Origin: a virus
Lineage: Duplodnaviria > Caudoviricetes
Length of the DNA: 64,000 bases
Reading direction: 5' to 3' (one strand)
Virus record (IMG/VR): IMGVR_UViG_3300001525_000092
Span: 84,149 to 148,148 of that record
The notes beneath the pieces are model-generated. The model was not told where the DNA came from. It did not search any database and saw nothing but the letters and a program-made list of their open reading frames with translations. Position 1 is the stretch's first letter. Each line of letters opens with the position of its first letter. The translations under genes and the position numbers were made by a program. Below are positions 20,501 through 28,251 of the stretch, piece by piece.

Positions 20501-22351
20501 TATTCCTATCTCAGAAGGATTGACATATCTAGCATAAGGGTCAGGCAAGTAAGCATAAGAATATCCATCATGCTCGCTATCATGATAAGTTGAGACATAG
20601 TAAGAAGAATCAAGATATCCTTTCTTGAATAGCATTCCTGCACACACATAAGAATTAGAGATAGAGTTCTCTTCATTAGCATACATCCAAGCATTATTTG
20701 CTGAAGAGAGATGAAGAACATCAGACAATAATTTTGTGTTGAAGAATGAGTTTCTGTTCCCGTACACACTAGAAGATGTGAGTATGGTCTGGACAGGAAA
20801 CACTAGCTTGTCACTTTCTTTAGCAGATATAGTCTCTATCATAGGATTCACTATGATTGCAAACTTGTCTATCTTGTCAGTGATCATGCTGAAGTCATAT
20901 AGGATTCCTTTGTAGTAGCAGTTGTTGTTAGAAAGACTTTCCCATTCTACTTCATCTACCCAGCCTTCTTTTGTCTTCATCACACTGAACCAATAGAACT
21001 GATAAGATTCTATAGATTCTTTATACAGTGATGGAATGTACTTATGAGGAGTATCTGTGTATCTAGTAGAAGCATTGTCACCAATAGGAACTACCATAGA
21101 GTAGTTGAACTCATCACCTTCTTGCTCTTCTACTAGAGCAGGCATAGACTGCACCATCTTAGGATACTGTCCATACAATATGTTGCTTCCTTGATTTCTA
21201 TTGAATGCAAAAGATGTGTTGATCACATAAGGATGATAGTCTGAAGAAGATGAAAGTTTCCATCTACTGTACATCTTAGTAAGCTTGTTAGAGAATTGGT
21301 AGTCTATGATGCTTGCTTCATTCATAGAAGGAAAGCAGTCACTCATCAAGTTAGTCACGCTACCAGACTTCCATACGAGATCTCCTGTCTCTGAATCCAT
21401 CTTGAGAACATCTTCAGCATACTCATCATAGTCAGATACAAAGTCATGCATCTTCAGGCTGTTGCCATTGAGCATGTACTTTCCTGTTATGTAGACATTG
21501 CATCTAGCAAATTGCTTCTTCTCTTTAGAAGAAAGAACATCATCTATGTTGAATCTGAATGCTAATGGAATGACTTGCTTCATAGCAACATTGTTCATCT
21601 TGTATGTTCTTGCTATAGTAGCATCTACATTGTTGTTAGTGTACTGCTTAATGAATATGTCAGATATAGTAGTGTCTGATGCTATGCAAGTTCCTCCATT
21701 CATCAAGTCAATCCCATATAATGTGATAGACTTAGAATTGCTAGAGAGCAATGCAACTTTACTGTCTACTTTCTTCATGTACTTCTTAAGATAAGCAGAC
21801 AAGTAATTGTACTTAGCAGAAGGCAATGTTTCTTCTTCTCTTACTTTCACAACTATGTCTTTATATATAGAAGAGTTAGCATTCTGTAGAAGTATAGAAA
21901 TAGTGAATGAATCAGGAAGATGATTGATGTCATCAACATACATAGGAGCAAAGAACTCATACTGATATCCTGTCTTCTTGTAGCTTATTCTCTTGCATCC
22001 ATATTCTACATCAATGTTTCTAGGTTCTTTAGGATTAGATCTATCTAGCTTGCAAATCTCTTTCTTATTGAAGTCATAACCATTCTCATAGAACACATCT
22101 TTGTTGTATAAGTAGAACTTTTGCAAGTCATAGTCATAAGAGCTTCCTAGCAAGTTGCAAGTGACTACTTTTCTTGATAGAGATGTGCTAGCACTATCTA
22201 TCACTGCACCTCTCACTCTACTCTCATATACATATATAGTAGTGTTGTCTTGATTAGTATGTTGTCCTTTGTAGTCATAGCTTGTCAAGTTGCATGCAAT
22301 CTTGACATTGCCTGAATAAGAAGGAATGATTCTTAGCAATGGCTTGATCAT
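17516..22351 (-). CDS. giant hypothetical protein, probably virion structural
   Basis: 1611-aa uninterrupted ORF coupled to the 1980-aa gene; late-type motif upstream. Confidence 0.65.
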   Translation of the reverse strand: MIKPLLRIIPSYSGNVKIACNLTSYDYKGQHTNQDNTTIYVYESRVRGAVIDSASTSLSRKVVTCNLLGSSYDYDLQKFYLYNKDVFYENGYDFNKKEICKLDRSNPKEPRNIDVEYGCKRISYKKTGYQYEFFAPMYVDDINHLPDSFTISILLQNANSSIYKDIVVKVREEETLPSAKYNYLSAYLKKYMKKVDSKVALLSSNSKSITLYGIDLMNGGTCIASDTTISDIFIKQYTNNNVDATIARTYKMNNVAMKQVIPLAFRFNIDDVLSSKEKKQFARCNVYITGKYMLNGNSLKMHDFVSDYDEYAEDVLKMDSETGDLVWKSGSVTNLMSDCFPSMNEASIIDYQFSNKLTKMYSRWKLSSSSDYHPYVINTSFAFNRNQGSNILYGQYPKMVQSMPALVEEQEGDEFNYSMVVPIGDNASTRYTDTPHKYIPSLYKESIESYQFYWFSVMKTKEGWVDEVEWESLSNNNCYYKGILYDFSMITDKIDKFAIIVNPMIETISAKESDKLVFPVQTILTSSSVYGNRNSFFNTKLLSDVLHLSSANNAWMYANEENSISNSYVCAGMLFKKGYLDSSYYVSTYHDSEHDGYSYAYLPDPYARYVNPSEIGISLSDINKYYDEKKVSAYIDNIRRQMKYSTISSWCEEKGIELSYPDIVLESASIYKQICPLMSLDEEGKEKISSSYIIQGNEIIDFHIPGIACDSYGYMNIPKNYAYTANTYVLMKQTYLLKNDGTPDYDNAETTYALSSSGQPMTYVCGYGERPDWEGLYGEINWTGSIEGTQAFYRVIEDVYDSKKYYDPIYELLGCSSSDKTGIVNAGKANIYYPELSYVMIPNPINSTSLSYYCSIYNLNSYFLKNYHIQEYITTDIDSSLATYFNNTNGKYDYKKMRHSNTKEWQITYTAHTLHDKVTSALKSYLSAQDTFGFYPVMFNGKTIYATDTFKKNNYIDEEYIIRESEKEKVTNVVWIDQYNMQAVLEKYKNDNEIDCLDLLRHTRKFKAQFLNKQHLYWWYTELCCNQKRKKPSDLAKRWASMVYIREKNLVLDDGKVSVKDCYTPISATEYPKSFKEFFEIIDYVSMKDENYDETYDVWKIEFDDGVRYVELCFDIECFKLNDQIYGPGKLIDLEDYGNTKSYKDLYLYEVQTQSNWERDHYKGIKSRYINPEIDDMHDIIIEENENCLVPLFDKIYEQELSDTELYAIYKEEGFKEVQVVDDNNNVTTKYLRHTQYDSNTMIELTDEELSSLSALVEPDDERKWIKSRFEVATGKVLNDFLYSSMNVKKTSLRQDDNYLGLKNTLLSTKLVDGKVYGYYMIDLALDNTIGSFDLYALSNKNFERIIKMFKYVNGTDIEKDPLYFKKILRELMPMLNRDIFKSLVSIDARVIPYTFNLDTLYTSTKASNDMNDKSTEISVIRHDDALFKYKLTRYFGDIVPILLPVSSISNQWNLKYKETDDVLIRKGTLNSISDSPIYNRTGYVDIYVPINIYEEKYDKKKVIELDGHLIYDSFTSLEYKNFNQNKFVLLPTQLSYIHSSYVDYDRMKELEEESVTVDIFKKLIKMSELNDDEYLFLYNYYDVSYDTVPIKLNMSKEKKLWRLKYIFDLR

Positions 22352-22370
22352 TAGATTCTATGTATGATTC

Positions 22371-22385
22371 ATTTAGTTAAAAATT
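22371..22385 (-). promoter_or_regulatory. putative late promoter AATTTTTAACTAAAT
   Basis: Identical 15-mer at 3511-3525 (+); core ATTTTTA recurs before structural genes. Confidence 0.5.
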
Positions 22386-22487
22386 GCTTAGATGTTATGT
22401 TAACTATTTTTAACATTAAATGAATAACCTATCATAGATTATCTATGTTATTCTTATATAGAAAGCATAAAAATAAAGAACTTTACA

Positions 22488-22586
22488 ATGAAGTCACTCA
22501 ACTTACATAGCAGTCTATCAATGATGAAACGACCTTTTGGTTGCTTCTCATCTTGGTGTGGTTCTATGTTTGGAAGACATTCATAA
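22488..22586 (+). CDS. 32-aa small ORF upstream of the tRNA array
   Basis: MKSLNLHSSLSMMKRPFGCFSSWCGSMFGRHS*; A-rich start context. Confidence 0.4.
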   Translation: MKSLNLHSSLSMMKRPFGCFSSWCGSMFGRHS

Positions 22587-22679
22587 TGAAGTTCATGATT
22601 AAGAGTTGATTCTAGTCATGAATATATGATGGAACAATTCTTAGTAAACATTTCTTTTATATATAAAGATTAGATAGTT

Positions 22680-22725
22680 GAGAAGAAGTTCCAAATATGC
22701 ATAAGGAATTTTTTCTCATTTTTTT
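22680..22725 (+). terminator. intrinsic terminator
   Basis: GAGAAGAAGTTCC...GGAATTTTTTCTC plus T-run. Confidence 0.6.
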
Positions 22726-22735
22726 GTTATAATCT

Positions 22736-22763
22736 TTGAAAAAATCCTGGTAATTACTATATT
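22736..22763 (+). promoter_or_regulatory. promoter TTGAAA-N16-TATATT driving the tRNA array
   Basis: Matches the repeated motif; about 40 nt upstream of tRNA-Phe. Confidence 0.7.
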
Positions 22764-22805
22764 ATAAATGTCAATCAAATAATATTCAATATTTAATTGA
22801 TAAAC

Positions 22806-22878
22806 GGATTGATAGCTTAGATGGTCTGAGCGCTGGACTGAAAATCCAGAGGTCGTGGATCGTTACCACGTCAATCCA
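22806..22878 (+). tRNA. tRNA-Phe(GAA)
   Basis: GGATTGA/TCAATCC acceptor; CTGGA-CTGAAAA-TCCAG; atypical T-loop ATCGTTA. Confidence 0.9.
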
Positions 22879-22917
22879 CTAAGAAAATTGTTCTTTGAAA
22901 TAATGAATACAATGAAT

Positions 22918-22991
22918 GTTCTGTTAACTCAGTTGGATAGAGTACGATACTTTTAATATCGGAGTCATGAGTTCAAGTCTCATACAGAACA
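22918..22991 (+). tRNA. tRNA-Lys(TTT)
   Basis: GTTCTGT/ACAGAAC; CGATA-CTTTTAA-TATCG. Confidence 0.93.
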
Positions 22992-22997
22992 CAACAA

Positions 22998-23285
22998 GAT
23001 TGTCAAGAGATCTCTTCCGAAAATGCAAAGGAATGAGAATCTCAGCATCATTGAAATGTCTTATCAGATATATCGGACAATGATTAATCTGGTTGCTAGA
23101 AAGAACTTGGACAGTTCAAATATAGTTGTTAACTCAAATGCTCACGAGCTCTAGCTGGATATAATCAATGATGAATGATGACATTGAGAAGACATGCATG
23201 AAGTCCGATGCATAGACATGGTCAATATGATGTTTGATCTTCTTCTCATAGGTCATTGTTCTTGGATTGAAAGCGAACAAGAACT
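22998..23285 (+). ncRNA. putative structured ncRNA 1 in tRNA array
   Basis: Nested helices seen by eye (see findings); no ORF. Confidence 0.5.
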
Positions 23286-23306
23286 AAAACAACAAATCGC
23301 TTGCAT

Positions 23307-23391
23307 GGAAGTTTGGCAGAGTGGACTATTGCACTGGTCTTGAAAACCAGAGGTCAGAGATGATCCATAGGTTCGAATCCTATAGCTTCCG
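23307..23391 (+). tRNA. tRNA-Ser(TGA)
   Basis: GGAAGTT/AGCTTCC; CTGGT-CTTGAAA-ACCAG; long variable arm. Confidence 0.93.
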
Positions 23392-23397
23392 CTACTT

Positions 23398-23469
23398 GGG
23401 TGATTGTCAGAGTGGTTTATGTCTGGGTCTGCAAAACCCAGTAGGTTGGTCCGATTCCAACATCACCCT
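23398..23469 (+). tRNA. tRNA-Cys(GCA)
   Basis: GGGTGAT/ATCACCC; TGGGT-CTGCAAA-ACCCA; U73; T-loop TCCGATT. Confidence 0.9.
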
Positions 23470-23475
23470 CAGAAT

Positions 23476-23708
23476 AGATTGCAATAGACAAAGTTGTTGC
23501 CTTAGATGGCTTGTCAAGAGACTGATAAGTTCTGGTTGAAGTGATACGAGATGTCATACTAAAACTCCAAAATCCGGAAAGTTAAGTCCAGTCCTCAGTT
23601 GCATATTAAAAGAATCAATGCTGCAGTAAATTGATTCTATATAAAGTTGCAAGTTGTCTATGAATGCAGATGGTAAAGGTTCATAGAAACTCTCGTCTAC
23701 TGCAATCT
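23476..23708 (+). ncRNA. putative structured ncRNA 2 (~233 nt, closed by a 14-bp stem)
   Basis: AGATTGCAATAGAC pairs with GTCTACTGCAATCT (one mismatch); internal hairpins. Confidence 0.6.
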
Positions 23709-23744
23709 TACAATGGTTACTTATATTGATGGTGACCATGCAAT

Positions 23745-23818
23745 GGTTACTTAGCTCAGTTGGTTAGAGCGCAACATTCATAAAGTTGAGGTCCAAGGTT
23801 CGAATCCTTGAGTGACTA
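23745..23818 (+). tRNA. tRNA-Met(CAT), elongator-like
   Basis: GGTTACT/AGTGACT; CAACA-TTCATAA-AGTTG with an A:A mismatch at the base of the loop. Confidence 0.8.
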
Positions 23819-23828
23819 CAAGTTAATT

Positions 23829-23906
23829 GCATCGGTGGTGTAACTGGAGGTGCACATCTGACTTCCAATCAGAAGGCTTACGCGAGTTCGAATCTCGTCC
23901 GATGCT
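23829..23906 (+). tRNA. tRNA-Gly(TCC)
   Basis: GCATCGG/CCGATGC; TCTGA-CTTCCAA-TCAGA. Confidence 0.92.
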
Positions 23907-23914
23907 CATTTTTC

Positions 23915-23988
23915 GGGGTTATAACTCAGTTGCATAGAGTAAGAAACTTCTAATTTCTAAGTCGTAGGTTGGAATCCTACTAACCCCG
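23915..23988 (+). tRNA. tRNA-Arg(TCT)
   Basis: GGGGTTA/TAACCCC; AGAAA-CTTCTAA-TTTCT; D-loop GC and T-loop TTGGAAT. Confidence 0.9.
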
Positions 23989-24031
23989 CTAGTGCACTTG
24001 GTTTATTTTTAATTAAATAAATTAGGTTTGA

Positions 24032-24961
24032 ATGTATTATAGATGTAAATTTTGTAATAAAGAATTTGATAATAAAAGATCAAAAGGACAACATGAATCA
24101 TTTTGTGATTTAAACCCAAACAAAAGATATTCATGGAATAAAGGAAAAAGTGCAAAGACTGATGATAGAATATTAAAATCAAAAGAAACATTTATAAGAA
24201 GGTATAAAAATGGAGAAATAAAATTTAATCCACACATATGGACACAAGAAGAAAAAAATAATCTTTCTAAAAAACGAAAAGAATGGCTAATGAAAAATCC
24301 TGATAAGCATCCTTGGAGAAATATGAAGCATAATCGTAGTGAGCCTTGTGAAGTTTTAAAAGATTTTCTTAGAAAAAATAGCATTCAATTTATAGAAGAA
24401 TATAATCCAAAAATACAAGATCATAATTATTCTTTAGATATTGCATTTCCTGATATAAAATTTGCAATAGAGGTAAATGGTAATCAACATTATAATAATG
24501 ATGGATCATTAAATGAAAGTTCATTATATAGACATAAATTATTAGAAGCTAATGGATGGAAAATATTAGAATTGCATTATACAAAATGTTATAATTTTGA
24601 CATATCAATATTGGATAAATACGATAACATAGAAGATTTTTATGATAAAGATTACGTAGGAAAATATTTTTCAAGAAAAGAAGAAAGAAAAAGAAAAATA
24701 GAAGAAGAAAGAAAACAAATAATAGAAAATAAAAAAAGAAGAAAATTTCAGAAAGAAGAAGAATTCATTGAAAGAAAAAAAATATTATTAGATTTGTTAA
24801 ATAATTCAAATATTGACTTTAATAAATTCGGATGGGTAAATAAGGCACATCAATATCTATCTAACAAAAATGTTTGGTTTCATTCAAATATGAATAGACA
24901 AATAAAAAAATATATACCTGAATATATTAATTCTTTTTTCTGGAGACACATAAGGACATAA
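24032..24961 (+). CDS. putative homing endonuclease (C2H2-like Zn finger + DUF559/Vsr-like PD-(D/E)xK domain)
   Basis: CKFC..H..FC; YSLDIAFPDIKFAIEVNGNQHY...R...LEANGWKIL; AT-rich; inside tRNA array. Confidence 0.75.
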   Translation: MYYRCKFCNKEFDNKRSKGQHESFCDLNPNKRYSWNKGKSAKTDDRILKSKETFIRRYKNGEIKFNPHIWTQEEKNNLSKKRKEWLMKNPDKHPWRNMKHNRSEPCEVLKDFLRKNSIQFIEEYNPKIQDHNYSLDIAFPDIKFAIEVNGNQHYNNDGSLNESSLYRHKLLEANGWKILELHYTKCYNFDISILDKYDNIEDFYDKDYVGKYFSRKEERKRKIEEERKQIIENKKRRKFQKEEEFIERKKILLDLLNNSNIDFNKFGWVNKAHQYLSNKNVWFHSNMNRQIKKYIPEYINSFFWRHIRT

Positions 24962-25025
24962 TAAAGGAGAGAACTAGCTTATCGAGGAAAAACCCATGAG
25001 CAAAGTCAACCTCCTTGTAGTTGAA

Positions 25026-25101
25026 TAGAGTAGTATATCAATAGGCTAGATTTCTGCATTTGGGATGCAGAGGTTGTCGGTTCGAGTCCGGTCTACTCTA
25101 C
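25026..25101 (+). tRNA. tRNA-Pro(TGG)
   Basis: TAGAGTAG/CTACTCTA; CTGCA-TTTGGGA-TGCAG. Confidence 0.88.
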
Positions 25102-25109
25102 AAATAATT

Positions 25110-25181
25110 GCTCCTGTCGATTAATGGTTAGGTTCTCAGTCTCCAAAACTGATGGTGGTGGTTCGATTCCATCCGGGAGTG
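25110..25181 (+). tRNA. tRNA-Trp(CCA)
   Basis: GCTCCTG/CGGGAGT; TCAGT-CTCCAAA-ACTGA. Confidence 0.9.
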
Positions 25182-25208
25182 CTATGTCAAATATTTAAGC
25201 ATTGAGAT

Positions 25209-25544
25209 ATATATATCATTGAAGATGGCAAGAGAGTTCATTCTTACACTACAGAAGATGGTATCAAGAAGACTTACATACTGCCTAACTTCAGAAAGCC
25301 AAAGACATGGAAAGAGATGAAGAAAGAAGATCCGTGGGCTAAGTATTTGAAGAATAGCTCAACTTCTCATTCTTGGGTATCAGACCAGTTAGATGACAAG
25401 CATGCTATCAAGTTGCAACGTGTCACCAACAAGAAAGTCATCAATGAAGGAATCCAAGAATACATTGATGCTTTTGATGAGAGCTTTGAATGTTGGTTTG
25501 ATGAGACTTTGAATGAATGGAGATCTCTTTATGAGGTAGCATAA
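25209..25544 (+). CDS. hypothetical protein inside tRNA array (start uncertain)
   Basis: The 25317 ORF frame stays open back to TGA 25203, giving a coding-like ~110-aa frame without an upstream ATG. Confidence 0.5.
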   Translation: MYIIEDGKRVHSYTTEDGIKKTYILPNFRKPKTWKEMKKEDPWAKYLKNSSTSHSWVSDQLDDKHAIKLQRVTNKKVINEGIQEYIDAFDESFECWFDETLNEWRSLYEVA

Positions 25545-25553
25545 GATATACAT

Positions 25554-25625
25554 GGTGGATATCGTTCAATGGTAGGACAGAAGATTGTGGTTCTTCTAAT
25601 GAGAGTTCGATTCTCTCTATTCACC
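25554..25625 (+). tRNA. tRNA-His(GTG)
   Basis: G-1 plus GTGGATA/TATTCAC-C; GAAGA-TTGTGGT-TCTTC. Confidence 0.92.
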
Positions 25626-25639
25626 CAATAAAATAAATT

Positions 25640-25724
25640 GGAGAGTTGCCAGAATGGTTAATGGAGCAGTTTGCTAAACTGTAGTCGAGAAATCGGCTTC
25701 TAGGTTCGAGTCCTAGATTCTCCG
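25640..25724 (+). tRNA. tRNA-Ser(GCT)
   Basis: GGAGAGT/ATTCTCC; GCAGT-TTGCTAA-ACTGT; long variable arm. Confidence 0.93.
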
Positions 25725-25739
25725 CTTGAATTTTTATTA

Positions 25740-25822
25740 CGGACTGTGGTGTAATGGCAGCCACGCCAGACTTAGGATCTGGTGTCAGAGATGACGTGTG
25801 GGTTCGAATCCCACCAGTCCGA
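25740..25822 (+). tRNA. tRNA-Leu(TAG)
   Basis: CGGACTG/CAGTCCG; CCAGA-CTTAGGA-TCTGG; long variable arm. Confidence 0.93.
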
Positions 25823-25823
25823 C

Positions 25824-25991
25824 GAAGCACAATCATGTAAATCAACAGGTTAGACCTATAGATACATGAAAGTAAACATGAAGGAAGCTGACTGAACAAC
25901 TTCATCGGTTGAATTAAAATGTATTAATAATAGGACGAGGTAAGACTGCAAACCTTAATTGATATTGCGCGCCATGCATTGTTGCTTCCCA
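25824..25991 (+). ncRNA. putative structured ncRNA 3 (~168 nt, ends in CCA)
   Basis: GAAGCA-CAAT pairs with ATTG-T-TGCTTC, then CCA; internal hairpins; fills the Leu-Leu spacer exactly. Confidence 0.6.
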
Positions 25992-25992
25992 T

Positions 25993-26078
25993 GCCTCGAT
26001 GGCGGAATTGGTAGACGCATTGGACTTAAAATCCAATGTCCAGAAATGGACGTGCAGGTTCGATCCCTGTTCGAGGTA
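25993..26078 (+). tRNA. tRNA-Leu(TAA)
   Basis: GCCTCGA/TCGAGGT; TTGGA-CTTAAAA-TCCAA. Confidence 0.94.
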
Positions 26079-26124
26079 CTTTTTAACATAGATTTTATTT
26101 TTAACTATCTTAAACTTAAAAAAA

Positions 26125-26796
26125 ATGAAATCATTATCACAATACATAACTGAATCTATTGACAAGTCAAAGATTGTCACTAGTTGCAAAGCATACAATG
26201 ATCTTTCTAAGATGCTCAAGTCATTAGGAATGGTATCAAGTGAAGAAGGATCAGAAAATACTTCTTATGAAGACATCATCTCAGCAATAAAGAAGACTAT
26301 TGGTGAAGGTCCTTATTATGTGGTATCAGACAGAAATCCAAAGTCTGCATTCAGTGAGATTGCAAGCAAAGCAGACATCAAGTCAGGTACTGGAACAGAC
26401 AATGGATTCATTGACTTAGTTTCTATCAACAAAGAATACAATGATAGTGATGAAAAGAAGAATGATCCTACCTTTGCGTTCAATGCATGGAAACTTAAGA
26501 TTAAGAATGCAATGTACCAGAACAAAGTCTTGAAGAATGGCAAAGGTCTCACACAAGAGTTAGATGCTAAAGTGAAGCAGATGAAGATGTTGTTTGACTT
26601 AGATCCTATAAAGCTAAGTGCAGTTGCAAGGCACGGAAGAACATCGATAAAGTCTACTTACTTCAAAGTAAGACCTGCTATATTCATTGTCAATGATACT
26701 GTAGTTCCCGGAATAGAGTTTGTAAGTGATACATACACAAGCACTAGAGACGAGAACATCTATGTGTTCTCAGATGAGAAGTTGAAAGACATCTAA
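26125..26796 (+). CDS. putative internal head/ejected protein (MKSLSQYITES N-terminus), paralog 1
   Basis: N-terminus resembles the T4 capsid-targeting sequence; shares GxGPYYVV, DPIKL and VFSx motifs with the next ORF. Confidence 0.6.
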   Translation: MKSLSQYITESIDKSKIVTSCKAYNDLSKMLKSLGMVSSEEGSENTSYEDIISAIKKTIGEGPYYVVSDRNPKSAFSEIASKADIKSGTGTDNGFIDLVSINKEYNDSDEKKNDPTFAFNAWKLKIKNAMYQNKVLKNGKGLTQELDAKVKQMKMLFDLDPIKLSAVARHGRTSIKSTYFKVRPAIFIVNDTVVPGIEFVSDTYTSTRDENIYVFSDEKLKDI

Positions 26797-26830
26797 AATA
26801 TTATTAATCAATTAATATATTATTCAATAA

Positions 26831-27493
26831 ATGAAGTCATTGACACAATACATAGCAGAGTCGTTAGATTCTAGTATCATCAGAGACAAAGCATTCAAGT
26901 TCACTGCATTGTCAAAAGTACTTGACAGAATGAGTGTTCCGACTACTAGATCAGTGAGAGCACAAGCTCAAGAATCCATCAAGAAGTTCTTAGGAAAAGG
27001 TCCATACTATGTAGTTAGATCTGACATGAAGTTCACCAAAGATGTCTTCAAAGAAATTGTTGACAAAGCTGCGGTTGGATCTCATGGCATAGTTGATGTG
27101 ATTGACATCAATAAGCTTTACAAAGATCAGATGGACGAATATGGAAATGCTAGTCCTGAAGTGAGAAAGATGAGAATCAAGAAAGCACTAGAAGTCAACA
27201 AGACACTCAAAGAGAAAGGACTTACTAATGACTTAGATACTCTCCTTAAGAGAATGGAAGACTTAGTGAAAGAAGATCCTATCAAGCTAGATCATTCATA
27301 TACTTTAGGCAACTCTAAAGGAGACTTAGAGAGAAATGTCAACTTCTTCCCTGGAGCATGCATCATTGATGACAAGCTTGTTCCGGTGCTCCAAGCATAC
27401 AATGAGTCAATGTATGCTAAAGACAAGACATTTGTGCTAGTGTTCAGTGAAAGCACACTGAAGAATGGCATCAATGACACTACAGACAAATAA
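26831..27493 (+). CDS. putative internal head/ejected protein (MKSLTQYIAES N-terminus), paralog 2
   Basis: Tandem paralog of 26125-26796. Confidence 0.6.
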   Translation: MKSLTQYIAESLDSSIIRDKAFKFTALSKVLDRMSVPTTRSVRAQAQESIKKFLGKGPYYVVRSDMKFTKDVFKEIVDKAAVGSHGIVDVIDINKLYKDQMDEYGNASPEVRKMRIKKALEVNKTLKEKGLTNDLDTLLKRMEDLVKEDPIKLDHSYTLGNSKGDLERNVNFFPGACIIDDKLVPVLQAYNESMYAKDKTFVLVFSESTLKNGINDTTDK

Positions 27494-27580
27494 AAGACAA
27501 AGTATTTAATACTTTTTAATAGAAATAGTTGTCTATCTAGACTATATTGATATTATAATTAAATGAATAAGTAAATAACA

Positions 27581-27694
27581 ATGAGAACAAATCAACATAC
27601 ATATTATCAAGATACTATTATAGAACAGGCCATTAATTATGATAGCTTGCTCAAGTCTTGTTGTATATGTGATGAGATTGAATTTATCAATTAG
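27581..27694 (+). CDS. 37-aa small ORF upstream of the second tRNA block
   Basis: MRTNQHTYYQDTIIEQAINYDSLLKSCCICDEIEFIN*; followed by hairpin 27734-27765. Confidence 0.4.
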   Translation: MRTNQHTYYQDTIIEQAINYDSLLKSCCICDEIEFIN

Positions 27695-27780
27695 CCTCCA
27701 CTGTTTTAAAACGACAACATAAACCTCAAGACAAGAGCAATGCAATTCATTTGTGTTGCTCTTTGTTGATTCAACATAAT

Positions 27781-27854
27781 AGGTGATTATATCAGTTGGT
27801 TAGATAGCTTGCCTGATAAGCAAGAGGTCGCAAGTTCAAGTCTTGCATCACCTA
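27781..27854 (+). tRNA. tRNA-Ile(GAT)
   Basis: AGGTGAT/ATCACCT; CTTGC-CTGATAA-GCAAG. Confidence 0.93.
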
Positions 27855-27949
27855 CAAAAAAAATGAAAAAGTTCTTTGAAATGATGAAATAATTCCTAGA
27901 TATTCTATATTAATAATGTACGTAACAAAACAATAAAAATTTAATTATT

Positions 27950-28153
27950 ATGAATATGAATAGATTAAAGAACAACATTAAGATACTTGATATATTGAGA
28001 CAACTTGCTCATGAGTTTCCTAATATGAGATTTCATCAGTTGCTTATGGCAGTGAATGCTACTATTGATGAAGATCAGTTCTATGAAGAATCAAGTGTTA
28101 CTTTAAATAGAATTAGAAAATTCCTTAAGAATAAGCAAGAGATGTTCAATTAA
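27950..28153 (+). CDS. small hypothetical phage protein
   Basis: FPNMRFHQLL...DQFYEES motif; promoter motif at 27884-27911. Confidence 0.65.
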   Translation: MNMNRLKNNIKILDILRQLAHEFPNMRFHQLLMAVNATIDEDQFYEESSVTLNRIRKFLKNKQEMFN

Positions 28154-28168
28154 TGTAAGTATATAAAC

Positions 28169-28242
28169 GGTGCGTTTGACAAGTGGTTAAGTCGCCAGCT
28201 TTTCACGCTGGTATTTCATCAGTTCGAATCTGATACGCACTA
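28169..28242 (+). tRNA. tRNA-Glu(TTC)
   Basis: GGTGCGT/ACGCACT; CCAGC-TTTTCAC-GCTGG. Confidence 0.92.
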
Positions 28243-28251
28243 CTTTATATT

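Noticed and set aside
12568-21794. Numerous 60-140-aa antisense ORFs inside long genes (here and elsewhere)
   Set aside because: They lie opposite well-supported genes, are Ser/Leu-rich, and are expected from the codon bias.
23340-23346. tRNA loops containing TGA, TAG or TAA as nonsense suppressors
   Set aside because: These are anticodons read 5'-3' (Ser, Leu, Leu); suppressors would need TCA, CTA or TTA.
22998-25991. Spacer RNAs as tmRNA, RNase P or SRP RNA
   Set aside because: There is no GGGG...TTCGA...CCACCA tmRNA frame and no GAGGAAAGTCC RNase P motif; AAGGAAGC at ~25881 lacks the matching SRP CAGG-GNRA helix.
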